Below, one piece after another: positions 12,216 through 26,500 of a stretch of DNA of 64,000 bases. The notes under the pieces were generated by a model. That model was not told where the DNA came from. It saw nothing but the letters and a program-made list of their open reading frames with translations, and did not search any database. The DNA is from Dendrobates tinctorius. Lineage: Eukaryota. The stretch is from the NCBI RefSeq assembly GCF_039654945.1, contig NW_027361766.1, positions 35,898,001 to 35,962,000 on the forward strand, read 5' to 3'. Numbering within the stretch: position 1 is the stretch's first letter; the number at the start of each line of letters is the position of its first letter. The translations under genes and the position numbers were made by a program.

Positions 12216-15200
12216 TGTCCTGTCTTCAGCTAAATGAACGGGATTCATATAGCTTAACAAGCAGCAAAACCGCTATACCGGGGTCCAATAAGGCAAACTG
12301 TTGTTGAATCTGTGGCTTATTGAACGTAGGTATATAGATGGTGAAACTACAAATAAACATATAATACAATCAGTCAGTATGGGTACATAAAAATACATAA
12401 TATACATTATACAGATTACCTGTGCTAATAGCTAACCAGGGGAGAGCTAAGTAAAGAAGGTGATCTAGGACAGGGATAAATGTGGGAGCATGGTTACTCA
12501 CCAGCGATGCTGATGCAGGGGGAGAAGAGGGATGAGGTATTTCCAGTATGCAAACAGAAGGGAAAATGGTGGACTGGAGGGAAATGGGCTGAACTAACCC
12601 ACAATCCCTTGCAAACCTACCCAGAATGCATTGGGAATTGGAGGGAAATCAAGGAAGCCAGAAACAGAATAACACTGCAGTTATTATTATTGGCCACTAG
12701 ATGGAGCTGGAAACAATAAACATTAAAATGTATGGCTAACTGAGCATTATACTGAGTTTATGTTATGGAAATAAACAGTTAAGAGTCATTAATTGTGTTG
12801 GAGACAGAACACTCCCCGTCTGGCATTGAACAGATGTCACCATTCTTATCCTCTGAATATAACAACAGAACCAGCTCAGTCACTGGTCTGGAGAATGTCT
12901 TAGGTCCATCTCCTTTGTCCATCCTGAGTTCAACTTTGCGGACATTACCATCTTTACTCGGAAGTGTAGCAGTCGCTGGCCACTGGTTCCGATGGGCCTG
13001 GCAGTCTTTAACAAGTATGAGGCTACCAATCCGAAGATTAGGCCTGGTAGATTGCCACTTTGTCCGTGGCTGCAGGGTAGACAAATATTGTTTGTGCCAC
13101 CTGTCCCAGAATGTATTTGCAAGATTTTGTATCTGTCTCCATTGGCACATGTAGATGTCCTTAGCATCGAATCCTCCTGGAGGGGCACTGGATAGTCCAG
13201 TTTTCTGGGTAAGGAGAGTAGCTGGAGTCAATAACAAGGGCTCCTCAGGGTCATTAGGAACTGGAACCAAGGGCCTTGCCTTGATTGTAGCTGCGGCTTC
13301 TGCAATGAAGATGGTAAGACTTTCATGGGTAAGTCTAGCCGCTCCTTCTTGAAGAAGAGTAGAGTCAAGAAATCTTCGTACCAGACCAATCATTCATTCC
13401 CAAGATCCACCCATATGCGAGGAGTGAGGAGGGTTGAATGACCATGTGCAACTTTGGTCACTGAGGAACCTCTCAAGAGTCTTATGGTCTAGATTTGAAG
13501 GTATGCCCAATTCCATTGCTGCACAAATGAAGTTGGTACCTCTGTCTGAAGGTATATGTTTGATGGGACCATGGATGGCAATGAAACTTCTCAAAGCATT
13601 GATGAAACTTGAAGTGTCAAGTGACTCATTGAGCTCTATGTGGATGGCTCTGATTGACAGACAGGTAAACATGACTGCCCAACGTTTACTATTGGTTTGT
13701 CCGCCTCTCGTGTGACGAGTAACAACTGACCAAGGTCCAAACATATCGAGACCAACGTTGGTAAAAGGAGGGTCTGGGCTGAGTCTATCTATTGGTAGGT
13801 CAGCCATCTTCTGGGCTTGAGTGGAACCACGAAGCTTACGGCAGGCAATACACTTGTAGATGACACTACAGATGAGTTTCTTTGCACCAACAATCCACAG
13901 ACCAGCAGTTCTGATGGCTCCTTCTGTGAATAGTCTTCCTTGGTGTTTGACCAGATTGTGGTAGTGTTGTACAATTAAGTAAGCAACGTGACAGTTTGCA
14001 GGAATGATAAGAGGGAATTTCTCCTCAAACTCCATTTTAGCTTCTTTGAGCCGACCTCCTACTCTCAGCAGGCCGTTGTTGTCGATGAATGGGTCGAGTT
14101 TTCTCAATGAGCTGCTCGCGTGTATTGAAGCTTTGTTAATGAGACATTGGATTTCCACAGAGTAGGTTTCTCTCTGAACTGTGGAGATGATTTGGTTTCT
14201 GGAGGATTCCAAGTCGGAGGCAACATAGGTGCTTTTGCAGAGATGCCAACCTTTACATTTTTCCGTGTCACAAGCTCTGGTGATCTTGAATGAGCGAGCT
14301 ATATGAGTCAGGCAGGTAATGGCTTGAGTAAGTGACTTCCAACTTGAGAATTTGTCAAATCTGTGGGATCCAAGCTGAATAACAGAAGTCATTGTATGAA
14401 GTATGGACACCTGAGGGCGGATTTCAGCATCTGAGTCCTCTCCTATCAGTTCAAAGGTGTCTGGACAACATTCCTCAGTGTACAGTAGTTTTGGTCCTGA
14501 GAGCCATATTGTGCTCTCTAGTCGACTTGTGTCAACTGCTCTAGTTGCATGATCTGCAGGGTTTTGGTCTGTGGGGATGCAATGCCACTGTTTTGGATGA
14601 ACTGATCTCCTAATTCGTAGCAGTCTGTTGTTGACGTAAACGTTGAATCGCCTGGTTTCATTGTGGATGTATCCCAGGACTACTTTGCTGTCTGAGTAGA
14701 ACTTGGCTTGTGTCAGGTCGATATCCATCTCGGATGCGATGAACTCTGCAAACTCGACGGCTAAGACTGCAGCACAAAGTTCTAACCTTGGTATGGTGTG
14801 CTCTGGTTGTGGAGCAAGTTTGGCCTTCCCCATGACAAATCCAATGTGGCTTTGACATTTGGAGTCCACAGTTTTGAGATAAGCACCAGCAGCAATTGCT
14901 TTGACAGAAGCATCTGCAAATACATACAGTCTTTGTCTCTGTATCTCTGTAGACGGCACAGGGGTATATGGCCTTGGCACATTTAGGTTGGAGAGGGCTG
15001 CTAAAGAGTTCTTCCATGCTTCCCACTGGGTTCTCTTATCAGGTGGCAGAGGTGCATCCCAGTCAGAAGTCTCCTTAGTTAAGTCTCTAAGTATGGCTTT
15101 GCCTTGTATAGTAACAGGAGCTGCAAATCCTAAGGGATCGTACAGGCTGTTGATAGTAGACAGGACACCTCTGCTTGTGAAAGACTTTTCTTCCTGGCTG

Positions 15201-18200
15201 ACCGGAAAGGTGAAGGTGTCTGAATGTAGATTCTAGAGAAGCCCGAGGCTGCATTGCATTGGTGTGTGGTCTGACCCCAGGTCCAGGTCTCTGAGACCAT
15301 TACACAAGTCTTGTGAAGGGAATGCTTTCATGAGTACTTGGCTGTTTGAGGCTATTTTGTGAAGCCTGAGGTAAGAGCAAGCAAGCATCTCTTGGGCTCT
15401 CCTGAGAAGACTGATGGGAGTCTCATTTGAAGGCTTGGCTTTCAGACAGTTATCAACATAAAAGTCTTTTTCTATGAATTGTCTGACATCTGATCCGTAT
15501 TCTGATTCTCCTTCTAGAGCTGACCTTTTGAGTCCATAGATGGTGACTGCAGGAGAAGGGCTATTGCCAAAGATGTGCACTCTCATGCGGTACTCTGTGA
15601 CCTCTTTAGTAGCATTGTTGTCTCTGTACCAGAAGAATCTTAGGAAGTGCCTGTCTCTCTCACAAGGAAACAATGGAACATTTGCTGGATGTCAGTGATG
15701 AAAGCAATGGAACACATAAACACATAAGTACTCCGAGCAGTTTGTTATTGAGGTCTGGTCCTGTCAGTAGAACGTCATTCAAGGAGACATCGTCAAACTT
15801 AGCACTGGAGTCGAACACCACTGTAATCTGGCCCAGTTTCTTAGGGTGGTATACTTCAAACATGGGTAGGAACCAGCATTCTTCAGAGTCTTTGAGAGTG
15901 GGAGCTAGTTCTGCATGGAAATTCTCAAATATCTTTGACATGAAGGAGAAGAAGTGATCTCTCATCTATGGCTTCTTTTGCAGATTATGTTTGAGAGAGG
16001 AGAAAAGTTTGAATGCCAGATCTCTGTTGTTTGGTAGACGTGGTCTGTGGGTTCTGAAGGGGAGAGGCGCGACCCAGCTGTTGGTCTCATCTTTTACGAG
16101 TCCTTTGTCCATTACCTCTAAGAACAACTTATCCTCTACCGACATTGCTACTTGGTTGTCTTGCTTAGTTGTTTGGAAGACTGTGCACCCCAACTGATCA
16201 TCATAGCTTCCTGACATCATACTGCTGTCATGAGTAAAGTCTATTAAATGATTGGGCAGTTGGATGCTGTGTGGCAGTTCATTGACATGGAACTCATTGT
16301 TGCAAGGTTGAAACAGAGATGGGCGTCCTTTCTCCAATGTATTTGTTATCATACTTGTCAGAGAATATGGGGCGTGCATGTGTCCCAAGCATACATTTCC
16401 TATTATTACCCATCCTATGTCTAGCTTTTGGGCATAGGGAGCATTGTGGAGTCCATTGATATGACTTCTCACTTTATGAACCTGCAGGATATCTCATCCC
16501 AACAGCAGTATTATCTGTGCCTGAGGGTCGAGTTCTGGTATAAGGTGTACTATGCGTTTTAAGTGAGCATGATAGATTGCCACATCTGGTGTATGGATTT
16601 CAGACCTGTTGTCTGGGATCTGATTACACTCGATGATTGTAGGTAGTGACAGGCAGAATTTTCAGTCTAAGGACTCAATTTGGTAGTCAGTGGCTTTCCT
16701 GCCCACTATTGTCACAGTACCTGCACATGTCTTTAATGAGTAAGGAGTGCTTGGTCCTTTAATGTTGAATAGGTCAAAGAATGTTGATCTAGCCAGGGAT
16801 CGATTACTTTGATCATCCAAGATAGCATACAGTCTCACAGCTTTGTCTCTATGGCCCTTTGGGTACACTCTGCCGAGGAATATTTTTGAAAAAGACCTAC
16901 TGTCTGTTGTCCCTTTACAGACTTCAGTACATTGTGAAGTGATCTCTGGCGTAGCTGCATCAGTGCTTTTTTCCTTCCCGCCATGCTCACTGTCTGCTGG
17001 CGTGTTCTGTGCACTCCATGGAGCTGGGCCACGGTGTAGGGCAGTGTTATGATCTGTGGTACCACATTCTGTGCATTTTACACTGACCTTACAATCCTGG
17101 GCGAGATGAGTGGTGGATGAGCAGCACTTGTAGCAGATACCGTTCTCTTTCAGGAAGCTTCTGCGTTGTGGCATAGATTTTCCTCTGTAGGCTCTGCATT
17201 TCAGGAGAGGATGAGGCTTCTGATGGAGTGGGCACTGCTTGTCAGGTTCTTGTACCTTTGTCTCTGATTGAGAGCGGCCAGCAGACCTGTAATTGGAACT
17301 TGGAGAAGAAACATTAGTCTTGTGCACTGCCACAGATGTTTTATATGGGTTTGCAGCTGGTGGTGGTGCGGCATATGACATTGCAAAGTCAAAGCTGGGA
17401 TCATTTCTGATTGTAGCTTGTTCGTGTATAAAGTCTACAAAAACGGAGAAGGGAGGGAATGAAACACTGTGTTTGTGCTTGTACGTGGAACCACGTGTGA
17501 GCCACCTCTCCTGTAGATTGTAGGGCAACTTTTGGACTATAGGGTTAACACCTTTGGCTGTGTCAAGGTATGCAAGTCCTTGTCGGTCACCTTCACATTT
17601 GGCAACTAGGACCTCTTGTAGCAGGTCACCTAGCTCTCTAAGTTTTGGGAGACCTTTGTTAGATATTTTTGGAAAGTACTCGATTCTTTTGAACAAGGCT
17701 CTCTCTATGACCTCTGCAGAGCCGTAACACTCATCTAGCCTCTTCCAGATCTCTTTAAGGCCGATTTGAGGGTGGTTTATGTTAATGTCCCTGATCCTTA
17801 CTGCATGTTTGACTGACTCTTCTCCCAGGTATTTGACAAAGAGGTCTATCTCTTCCCTGTATTGTAGCCCCAAGTCTCTACTAACATTTTGGAAGGAAGC
17901 TTTCCAAGCTCTGTAACCTTCAGCGTGGTCAGTGAATTTCATGAGTCCCTTGGTAACCAGATCGCATCGTGTGAAGATCCTAGCAAGTTCTGATGTGAAC
18001 TGGTTGTCAGCAGAGTATACTGGTGATGGGTCACCCTGATAGTGATGTGAAGTGCGTTCATACCTGTTAGCATCCTCAGGGTGGCGCCAGCCGGTGTCAT
18101 ATTGCTTCGGTCTGACGTGCAGGGTGTCAGCAAGGTGATTCACGTTGGTTACCTGGTGAGGGGCAAGGTAGACATTAGCAGATTTGTTTTGCTCCATATT

Positions 18201-19617
18201 TTCCTGGAGCTGAGCCTCCTGATGACTCTCACTCATTTCACTGGATGTGTCGTGATCTTGGTTACAGTTCGGATCAGAAAGTTCATTAACATATTGAGAT
18301 GTGAGTTGTGGTGAATCTGGCAATGGCAACTTCAGACTTGACACACTGCTACGGCTATGCAGCTTAGGGTTATGCGTGGCTTCTAGTGATTCTGCCTTGG
18401 CCAATGCTGTAGCAGCCTCTCTTTTTACCGCTAGGCTCTCTAAGGTGGCATCCACACATGCCTTCTCTAACTGCATCTTTCTCTCTTGCTCATCTCTTGC
18501 TAAGCATAACCTTCTCTCTTGCTCCTCTCTTTTTAAGCATAACCTTCTCTCTCAGTCTTCTCTTTCTTTGCGTGACCTGTTCTCTTGGTCTTCTCTTTCT
18601 ATGCGTGACCTTCTCTCTTGGTCTTCTAAGCGTGCTTTCTATAATTTAAGTTCTATCTCTTCTACAGCAAAGCTTGCTCGCATTTTGGCGGCTTCAGCAT
18701 TTGTGCATGCAATGGCGACTGCGCTGCTGATGGATACAGTCTTTGAGGAGACAGATATGGCAGATTTTGTCCTGTGTGATTTGTGGGACATGGTGTCTTA
18801 GGGGGATGCTTGGCTGTGCAGAGATTGCTGTAGCTGTATTAGTTTCTGTGTAGCTGGTGACTTGAATCTCACTAGATGGATTTCTGCAGTTTACTAGCTC
18901 CTGCAAGCTGGATGAAGGGATGTCTTTCTCTGAATTGCACTAGCTGGACAGCTGCTGTTCACTGTGGTCCTTCAAGATGGATGCTCTTCTCTCTGTATTC
19001 CCACTAGCTGGAGAGCCGTCGTTTCACTGTCCTGTCTTCAGCTAAATGAATGGGATTCATATAGCTTAACAAGCAGCTAAACCGCTATACCAGGGTCCAA
19101 TAAGGGAGACTGTAGTTGAATCTGTGGCTTATTGAACGTAGGTATATAGATGAAACTACAAATAAACATATCATACAATCAGTCAGTATGGGTACATAAA
19201 AATTCATAATATATATTATACAGATTACCTGGCTTATAGCTAACCAGGGGAGAGCTAACTAAAGAAGGTGATCTAGAACAGGGATAAATGTGGGAGCGTG
19301 GTTACTCACCGACGAAGCTGACGCAGGGGGAGAAGAGGGATGAGGTATTTCCAGTATGCAAACAGAAGGGAAAATGGTGGACTGGAGGGAAATGGGCTGA
19401 GCTAACCCACAATCCCTTGCAAACCTACCCAGGATGCATTGGGAATTGGAGGGAAATCAAGGAAACCAGAAACAATAACACTGCAGGTATTATTTTTGGC
19501 CACTAGATGGAGCTGGAAACAATAAACATTAAAATGTATGGCAAACTGAGCATTATACTGAATTTATGTTATGGAAATAAACAGTTAAGAGTCATTAATT
19601 GTGTTGGAGACAGAACA
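12216..19617 (-). mobile_element. Full-length BEL/Pao LTR retrotransposon (decayed)
   Basis: LTRs at 12216-12811 and 19028-19617 (TG...CA, roughly 95% identical by eye). PPT GACGGGGAG on - abuts the 3' LTR. The 5-bp flanks TATAT/CATGT form only a degenerate TSD. BEL-type gag-pol lies inside. Confidence 0.93.
12779..18791 (-). pseudogene. BEL/Pao gag-pol polyprotein (Gag with triple zinc knuckle, protease, RT, RNase H, integrase, C-terminal DUF5641-like region), multiply disrupted
   Basis: Knuckles CPLHQKPHPLLKC / CYKCCSSTTHLAQDC / CTECGTTDHNTALH; protease ILDDQSNRS; RT VVFDSSAK, FGNSPSP, FYVDN; RNase H VFADAS..TIPRLEL; integrase HNLVKH..CIAC, GLDMFGP, SDRGTNF, GGSWE; C-terminal WRQIQNLANTFW. 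Confidence 0.92.
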
Positions 19618-21077
19618 CATGTTTAAACTATACATACATAGATGTATATATTTTCTACAGTCACAAGGCAACCTTTACTCTGACGTGTTGGGTGCAATAA
19701 CATCAGGAGATGACAGGATAGAAGACATGCTTTGCACACAGTTAAAACATACTGTATATAATGTGCAGATATATAGATGTCAGTGACAAATACAATGCAT
19801 TTAGTATTTGTGGCAAGTACTGGACATGTTTTGAATTTTTTACAGATACTTTCAAAGCACAGAAATGTCGTCCCCTCAGGCACAATGTTCCAAACAAGCA
19901 GAGGGAAAGGCATCACCTGGGATCAGATGCTGATAGTCTGGTAAGTGGTTAATACCTATGTAGCTTCACCGGCTACTAATATCAGCACACAGCTGTATCT
20001 TTGTATCTTTATCCTTTACTGCCTATTAACATGTGATCAACACCTATAACACTTAAGTGATGTACCCCTAGCTTACAACATCAGCAAAGAGTATGCAGAT
20101 AGATGTTGCCTGATATTATTTGCCTAGGAAGGTGCCTTGGATAATGCTACCTGACTGCATTAAATTCAAAAACAAAATTGCATCAGAAATGTAGCATATT
20201 GAAGATACCATAATTTCCACACTTTGCCTGGCTCTTACCACTTGCCTTGCAGTGGGGTAAAGTTGGTTACTGAGGCCTTAATGTTAACTTTGTAATGTAA
20301 GGTGCTATGAAGGCAGCTTTGTACTTTTGATGTATCAAGAAGCCAACTATACATTAATAATCAGATACATGTTAAATGAATAAATTTAGACCCAGAGACA
20401 ATTACCATTGTTTTAAATATTGATGATCATGCTAAGACACGCCATGCCCTTGTCATCACAAATAACATTAAAAACAAAAATATATTAGTTACTTGGCCAC
20501 CGTTACGTCACATGCAGTAAGCCATATCTGGGGCCTAGGCTGTTTACTACCATGACAGCGATAAGATGCATTCGTCAACACTGTAAACTAATGAGAAATT
20601 ATGAGATGATGGCATTGTGCACCTTCAGTGACTAACGATGACCTAAATGAAGCTGCACCCCCTTCACAGCCTCAAGTGTGCTAAACTATTGAGCTTGTGA
20701 AAATGCTATTTCTATTAGAATTAGCAATGTCAGTATGTATGGGCAAGCTGATCGTCATGTGTCACACTAACATTCAAAAGCACAAACAATGCTTCAGGGC
20801 GTTCTTTATTTTGGCAGACACATTCTTTATTGAGTCAAAAACATAGTGTACTACAAGAAAGCATTAGCCTAAACCAAGACCGAAATTAAACAAATTGAGG
20901 TATTAGTTATTTGGTATTGGTAACCAGAAAACTTTGAGAAGGCCATGTATCTGTTACCAACATCAAATGTAAGCCTGCAACCCACGTAAAGGGTCCTCAT
21001 TGTCTTGCGAGTTCCTAGCCAAATGGCACAAACAAAATACTAAATAAACTTAGGAATTAAGACATGTAAAGGTAACA

Positions 21078-22695
21078 CTAGTTGTTCAACTCAATTTGCC
21101 ATGGCACTACCCTCTGGTGTTAGAAAATAATCAGCAAAAAGATTCCTGACTTCAAGGCCAGACTATGCAACTTGTGTAGCACGCTGACCTTCCTCTGGTA
21201 ATGTCACATTTACCACTTTCTCTTCATCCAAATTATCCAAGGATGGTTCTTGTTTTCTTGAAAAATTATGCAAAATCACAGCAGACTTTATGACTGCCTA
21301 GACATTGTCTGGATGCATCTGGATTTGTGTTTCAAAGATACACCATTTACTAGTAAAGATCCCAAAAGCACACTCAACAAATCGATGGGCTTTCATCAGT
21401 CACATGTTAAAAATTCGCCTACGGGTGTCCAAACGTCGACGTGGAAATGGGCGAAGAACATGCCTGGACAGTGTAAAAGCCTCATCAGCAACCATAATAA
21501 ATGGTGCAGGTGGGGACGAGGCTCCTGGAAGCACACATGGTTGGGGAATATTAAAATTGTTCTCAGCAAGTTGCCTAGCTAATCTTAAATATCGAAAGAT
21601 GCGAGCATCAGAGGCACTCCCATATGCCCCAATGTCAGCAATTACAAAACAGTAATTGCTGTCAGCTACAGCCAGCAGCACTACTGAAAAATATTTTTTG
21701 TAATTAAAGTAACAAAACCCTGATTTTGGTGGTTTCTTCACACGAATGTGTTTACCATCCAGGGCACCTATGAAATTTAGGAACTCTGTGGCTTCCATGA
21801 ACCCCTGGGCAATCCTCACCCAGTCTTATGTGGTTGGCTGAGGCATGAATGGGCTCTTCAGCTTGTCCCAAATGAGATTCCAGGTTGAGTGCACAATCCC
21901 GGATATGGTTGACGTTCCAAGGAGGAACTCAAAATGGAGGGAAGAATATGAATTGCCAGTAGCCAGGAATCTGTTCACAAAATAATAGTTTAGGTGTGTA
22001 AGCATACACAAAATGTACAGAATATGATGCAAAGGAAAACAATACTAACATAGTGGAGCTCAGACAGCACATATAATCCTAAGAGATATGTTGACTAAAA
22101 TCTAAAGAACAACCATGAAGGAAGCACACAGGTGTAAGTTAGAATAGACAGCTCACAAATTTTGCATGTTACTAGTTTGGGTGAGGGTAATAATATTATG
22201 ATAATAGTAATACATAATAGCCAAAATTTTGGGGGGGCCTGTAGTTCTGGAAGAATGGTAATCAAAGACTTGTATGGCAGGTTAAATAATGTTTAGTGTG
22301 TAACCTAGGGAAATCAAACATTACACAACGTAATGTGAAAGCAGGAGCAAAATGTGTGATTTCAAAAAGTTACCTCAAGGTTACTAGCAAACGCTTCTAC
22401 GGAGAAATGCTTAGTCGCATGCAGGTGTCTTGTCTGAGAAGGTAAGGACGCAAAAACTCAAGAATTGTATCAAATCCGGAAATAGATAGCCGACAAAAAG
22501 CCACAAACTTCAACGGGTATTGGCAAAGTTCAAGATACAATTTGGTAAAATGACCATGTGCCCCATGGAGAAATAGTATAGGGTGAACCCATAGCCTTTT
22601 TTTAGCCGTGGTTCCTCATCAAGCATATGTTGACGAACTCCAAATCGACGTGACACAAGCCATGCCAACCACAACACCTCATTTGAAATAGACAT
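21078..22695 (-). pseudogene. Harbinger (HARBI1-like) DDE transposase, 2 exons (22695-22374, 21970-21078)
   Basis: LLVTLR|FLATGNSYSSL spans a GT-AG intron (21971-22373). Catalytic motifs IGALDGKHI, MVADEAF, VECAFGI; also YFNYKKYFSVVLLAVAD. Stops and frameshifts are present. Confidence 0.9.
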
Positions 22696-23535
22696 ATTTG
22701 TGAGGCCTAAGGAATAATAACACACACCCCTAAGCTAATATGTAATTGGAGTAAACCTTTAGGGCAATGTTTTAAACACTAATCGCTAATGGCTCACACC
22801 TTTCCCCGTTTAAAGCTTTAAATTGACGCAATAACCCTTCCTTTGGACATAGAAACCTTAGGTTTGGGTACGTATTCACGCTGACAGTGTCAGGAACACC
22901 GCACTGAACTTGCTCACTGAGCCAGTGTGCGTGTCCTGAGTAAAGCGAACAGTGCTCAAAGATACCTGTGGAGCAGGCAGCAGCCGAGTAGATGCGTACT
23001 TCAGAGCCGCAGGACCTGAAGCACGTGACTGCTAGGGGCGTGGCCTAAACTCCACAGAGCTAGGAGCTGCAAGATAACTCCTAGCAGGGTAACTGCAAGC
23101 CAAAGTTACCAGGGGGCATAGACAGGGAGAATAGTCAAGATGTAGCCAGTGAGTCACACACAGAGATAGCTGCAAAGGTACAAGAGGGGCAAGCAGAGAG
23201 TAGTCAGGTCACAGGCAATGAGTCATACACAGAGATAATAACGCAGTACAAAATCAACAGGCAAACTCACAACGGGAAACAGAACCGGGTCAGAATCATA
23301 TAAACAAGCTATAGCAACAAACAGGCACACAGGGGTCAGCACACTAGGCCAAAGGCAAAAGTATAACTGACAGGGATTGAAGCTTCCCCGGGGTTTAAGA
23401 AGCTCTCCCAGAACCAGAAAGAGGCCACAATCATTAACCCCAGGTGTGCAGGTCAAAACCTGCACCAAGCTCCAGACATTAACCCCAGGTGTGCAGCTCA
23501 AAAACCTGCACTGGGATCATGACAGTACCCCCCTC

Positions 23536-26500
23536 TCAATGGGGAGCCTCTGGAACCCCAGGCTTCCCTGGGTACTTGGCATGGAAAGCCCGAACCAGGC
23601 GATCTGCATGTACTGAGCGAGCAGGGACCCATGAGCGCTCCTCTGGTCCATATGCCTTCCAGTGGACCAGGTACTGCAAAGAGCGGCGCACCCGCCGAGA
23701 GTCCACAATATGTCTGACCTCATACTCCAATTGACCCTCCACTAGCACTGGAGGAACAACTGACTCAGAGTTCTCTTTGACAGATCCTGCGGGTTTCAAC
23801 AGAGATTTATGGAACACATTAGATATTTTTAAAGGAGGCAGGGAGACGCAACCTTTATGCCACTGGGTTGACTATCTCCATAATCTCGTACGGACCAATG
23901 AACTTTGGTCCCAACTTAGCTGATGGTACCTTTAAGTTGATGTTACGTGTGGAGAGCCAAACCTTCTCTCCCATCTGAAACATGTCTCCCGAGGCTCTCT
24001 TTTTGTCCGCAAAATATTTGTATCTCCCCTGGGCCCGAGAGATATTACACCGGACTTCAGCCCAGAGGTTTTTTAACCATTGAACGGACCCCTTTGCCCC
24101 TGGATAACCGGAATCCACCTCAGAAAACTCCCCAAAATGCGGATTAAACCCATAGTTAATTAGGAATGGGGACATGTTGGTGGACTGACTCACCTGGTTG
24201 TTAAAAGCGAATTCAGCCAATGGTAACGCATCACACCAATCCTCCTGTCTGGCGGAGGTCAGACACCTGAGAATTTGTTCCAGGGATTGATTGGTGCGTT
24301 CTGTCTGACCATTACTCTCCGGGTGATATGCCGATGAGAAGGAGAGTGAGATGCCCAATTTCATACAGAACGCCCTCCAAAATTTGGCCACAAACTGCAC
24401 ACCTCTGTCAGACACAACAGTCAGGGGTACCCCATACAATCGGACCACATGCTGCAAAAACAACCTTGACAATGTTTCTGCTGAAGGTAATGCTGCCAAG
24501 GGAATGAAATGGGCCTGTTTAGAAAACCTATCCACCACCACCCAGATAACGGTATTGCCCCTGGAAGGTGGAAGACCAGTAATAAAATCCATGGAAAGAT
24601 GAGTCCATGGCCTATCAGGAACTGGTAAAGGTATGAGTTCCCCAGCCGGTCGGTTAGGCGAGCTTTTGGAACGGGCACACATACCACAAGCAGAAACAAA
24701 TTCCTTGACATCGGACCTTAATGAAGGCCACCAAAAACCCATGGCTACTGCCTCTCTAGTGGCCATGATACCTGGATGAGCACTCAGCCTAGACTCATGA
24801 AACTCCTGCAGAAGTCTAGGCCGCCATGAATCTGGAACAAACAGTTTATCCCCTGGCCTTGTTGTCAGAGCTAGGGACTGAGCACTTAGAATCTCTTGTT
24901 CCAACTCAGTTGAGACCCCCGCCACTACCACCCCTGGGGGAAGAATGGAGGACGGCGGCTCAGGGGGAGACACTGGATCAAAACTTCTGGACAGGGCATC
25001 CGCTTTAACATTTTTGGACCCCGGTCAAAAAGTAATGGAGAACTGAAATCATGAAAAAAAGCTTGTCTAGGAGTAAGCCTCTTAGCAGATTCAAGGTATG
25101 CCAAATTTTTGTGATCCGTGACAACCGTGATAGGGTGAGCCGCCCCTTCCAAAAAGTGCCTCCATTCCTCAAACGCCAGCTTGACCGCAAGAAGTTCCCT
25201 ATTGCCTACATCATAGTTTTTCTCAGCTGAAGAGAACTTCTTGGAGAAGAAGGCACAGGGTTTGAGATTGGTAAGGGTGGCCGGACCCTGGGACAGCACG
25301 GCCCCCACCCCCACTTCAGAAGCATCCACCTCCACAATGAATGGTTTGGACGGGTCAGGTTGTACCAACACCGGGGCAGACATGAAACATTTCTTAATCG
25401 CTGAGAAGGATTCCTTAGTGAGTACAGACCAATTTTTTACATCAGCGCTGGGTAAGATCCGTGAGTGGTTTAACCACTTGTGAGAAACCTTTAATGAATC
25501 TCCGGTAATAGCTCGCAAATCCTTAGTCAGCGATCGCCAGCACCTTCTTAGGATCCATACGAAACCCTTCACAAGACACAATCAGCCCCAAAAAAGACAG
25601 TTCCTGTACAAAAAACAAACATTTTTCCAATTTAGCGAACAACTGGTTCTCCCTGAGTCCCTGCAGAACTGTCTTTAGATGTTGCAAGTGAGATTGACTG
25701 TCCAGGGAATACACCAAAATATCATCCAAATAAATAATAGCAAAATGGCCTATCAGATCAGAAAACACAACATTGATGAAATTTTGGAAAATAGCGGGTG
25801 CATTAGTTAACCCAAACGGCATTACCAGGTTCTCAAAGAGTCCTTCTGATGTAAGGAATGCCGTTTTCCACTCGTCCTATTCCCGAACCCTTATCAGATT
25901 GTAGGCCCCCCGCAGATCTAACTTGGAGAACCATTGGGCCCCAGCTAACTGGTTACATAAGTCTGGGATGAGGGGAAGCGGGTAAGAGTTCCTAACCGTT
26001 ATCTTGTTCAGTTCCCGAAAGTCGAGGCACGGCCGCAAACCACCATCTTTTTTCTTCACAAAGAAGAACCCTGCTGCCACAGGTGACAAAGAAGACCTGA
26101 TATGCCCTTTGCGGAGGCTCTCAGCTATGTACTCCTTCATGGCTTGGCGCTCAGGCCCAGACAAATTAAACAATCGAGCCTTAGGTAACTTGGCTCCGGG
26201 TACTAAGTCAATGGCACAATCGTAGGGTCTATGTGGTGGCAGTGCCTCAGCCTCACTTTCGGAAAAAACGTCTTCAAAATCCTTCAGGTACTCCGGAATA
26301 CCTTCCAGACCGACAGACGACACAGACACGGATTTAACAGCGTTAACAAGATGTCCCAGGTTACCACATTTATTATTGCATCCCCATTGAGTGATTTCCC
26401 CTGTAACCCAATCAATGGTAGGATAATGGCGTTGAAGCCAAAGCATCCCCAGTACCAGTCCTGCAGGCAAGTTATCTAGCACAAGACAACTTAGTTTTTC

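Noticed and set aside
18470-18630. 33-bp repeats in BEL gag as a separate element
   Set aside because: They encode an E/K/R-rich coiled-coil-like expansion within gag, which is ordinary for such elements.
21078-22695. Domesticated host gene HARBI1
   Set aside because: It has stops and frameshifts and sits within TIR-bounded transposon architecture with a partner MADF gene.
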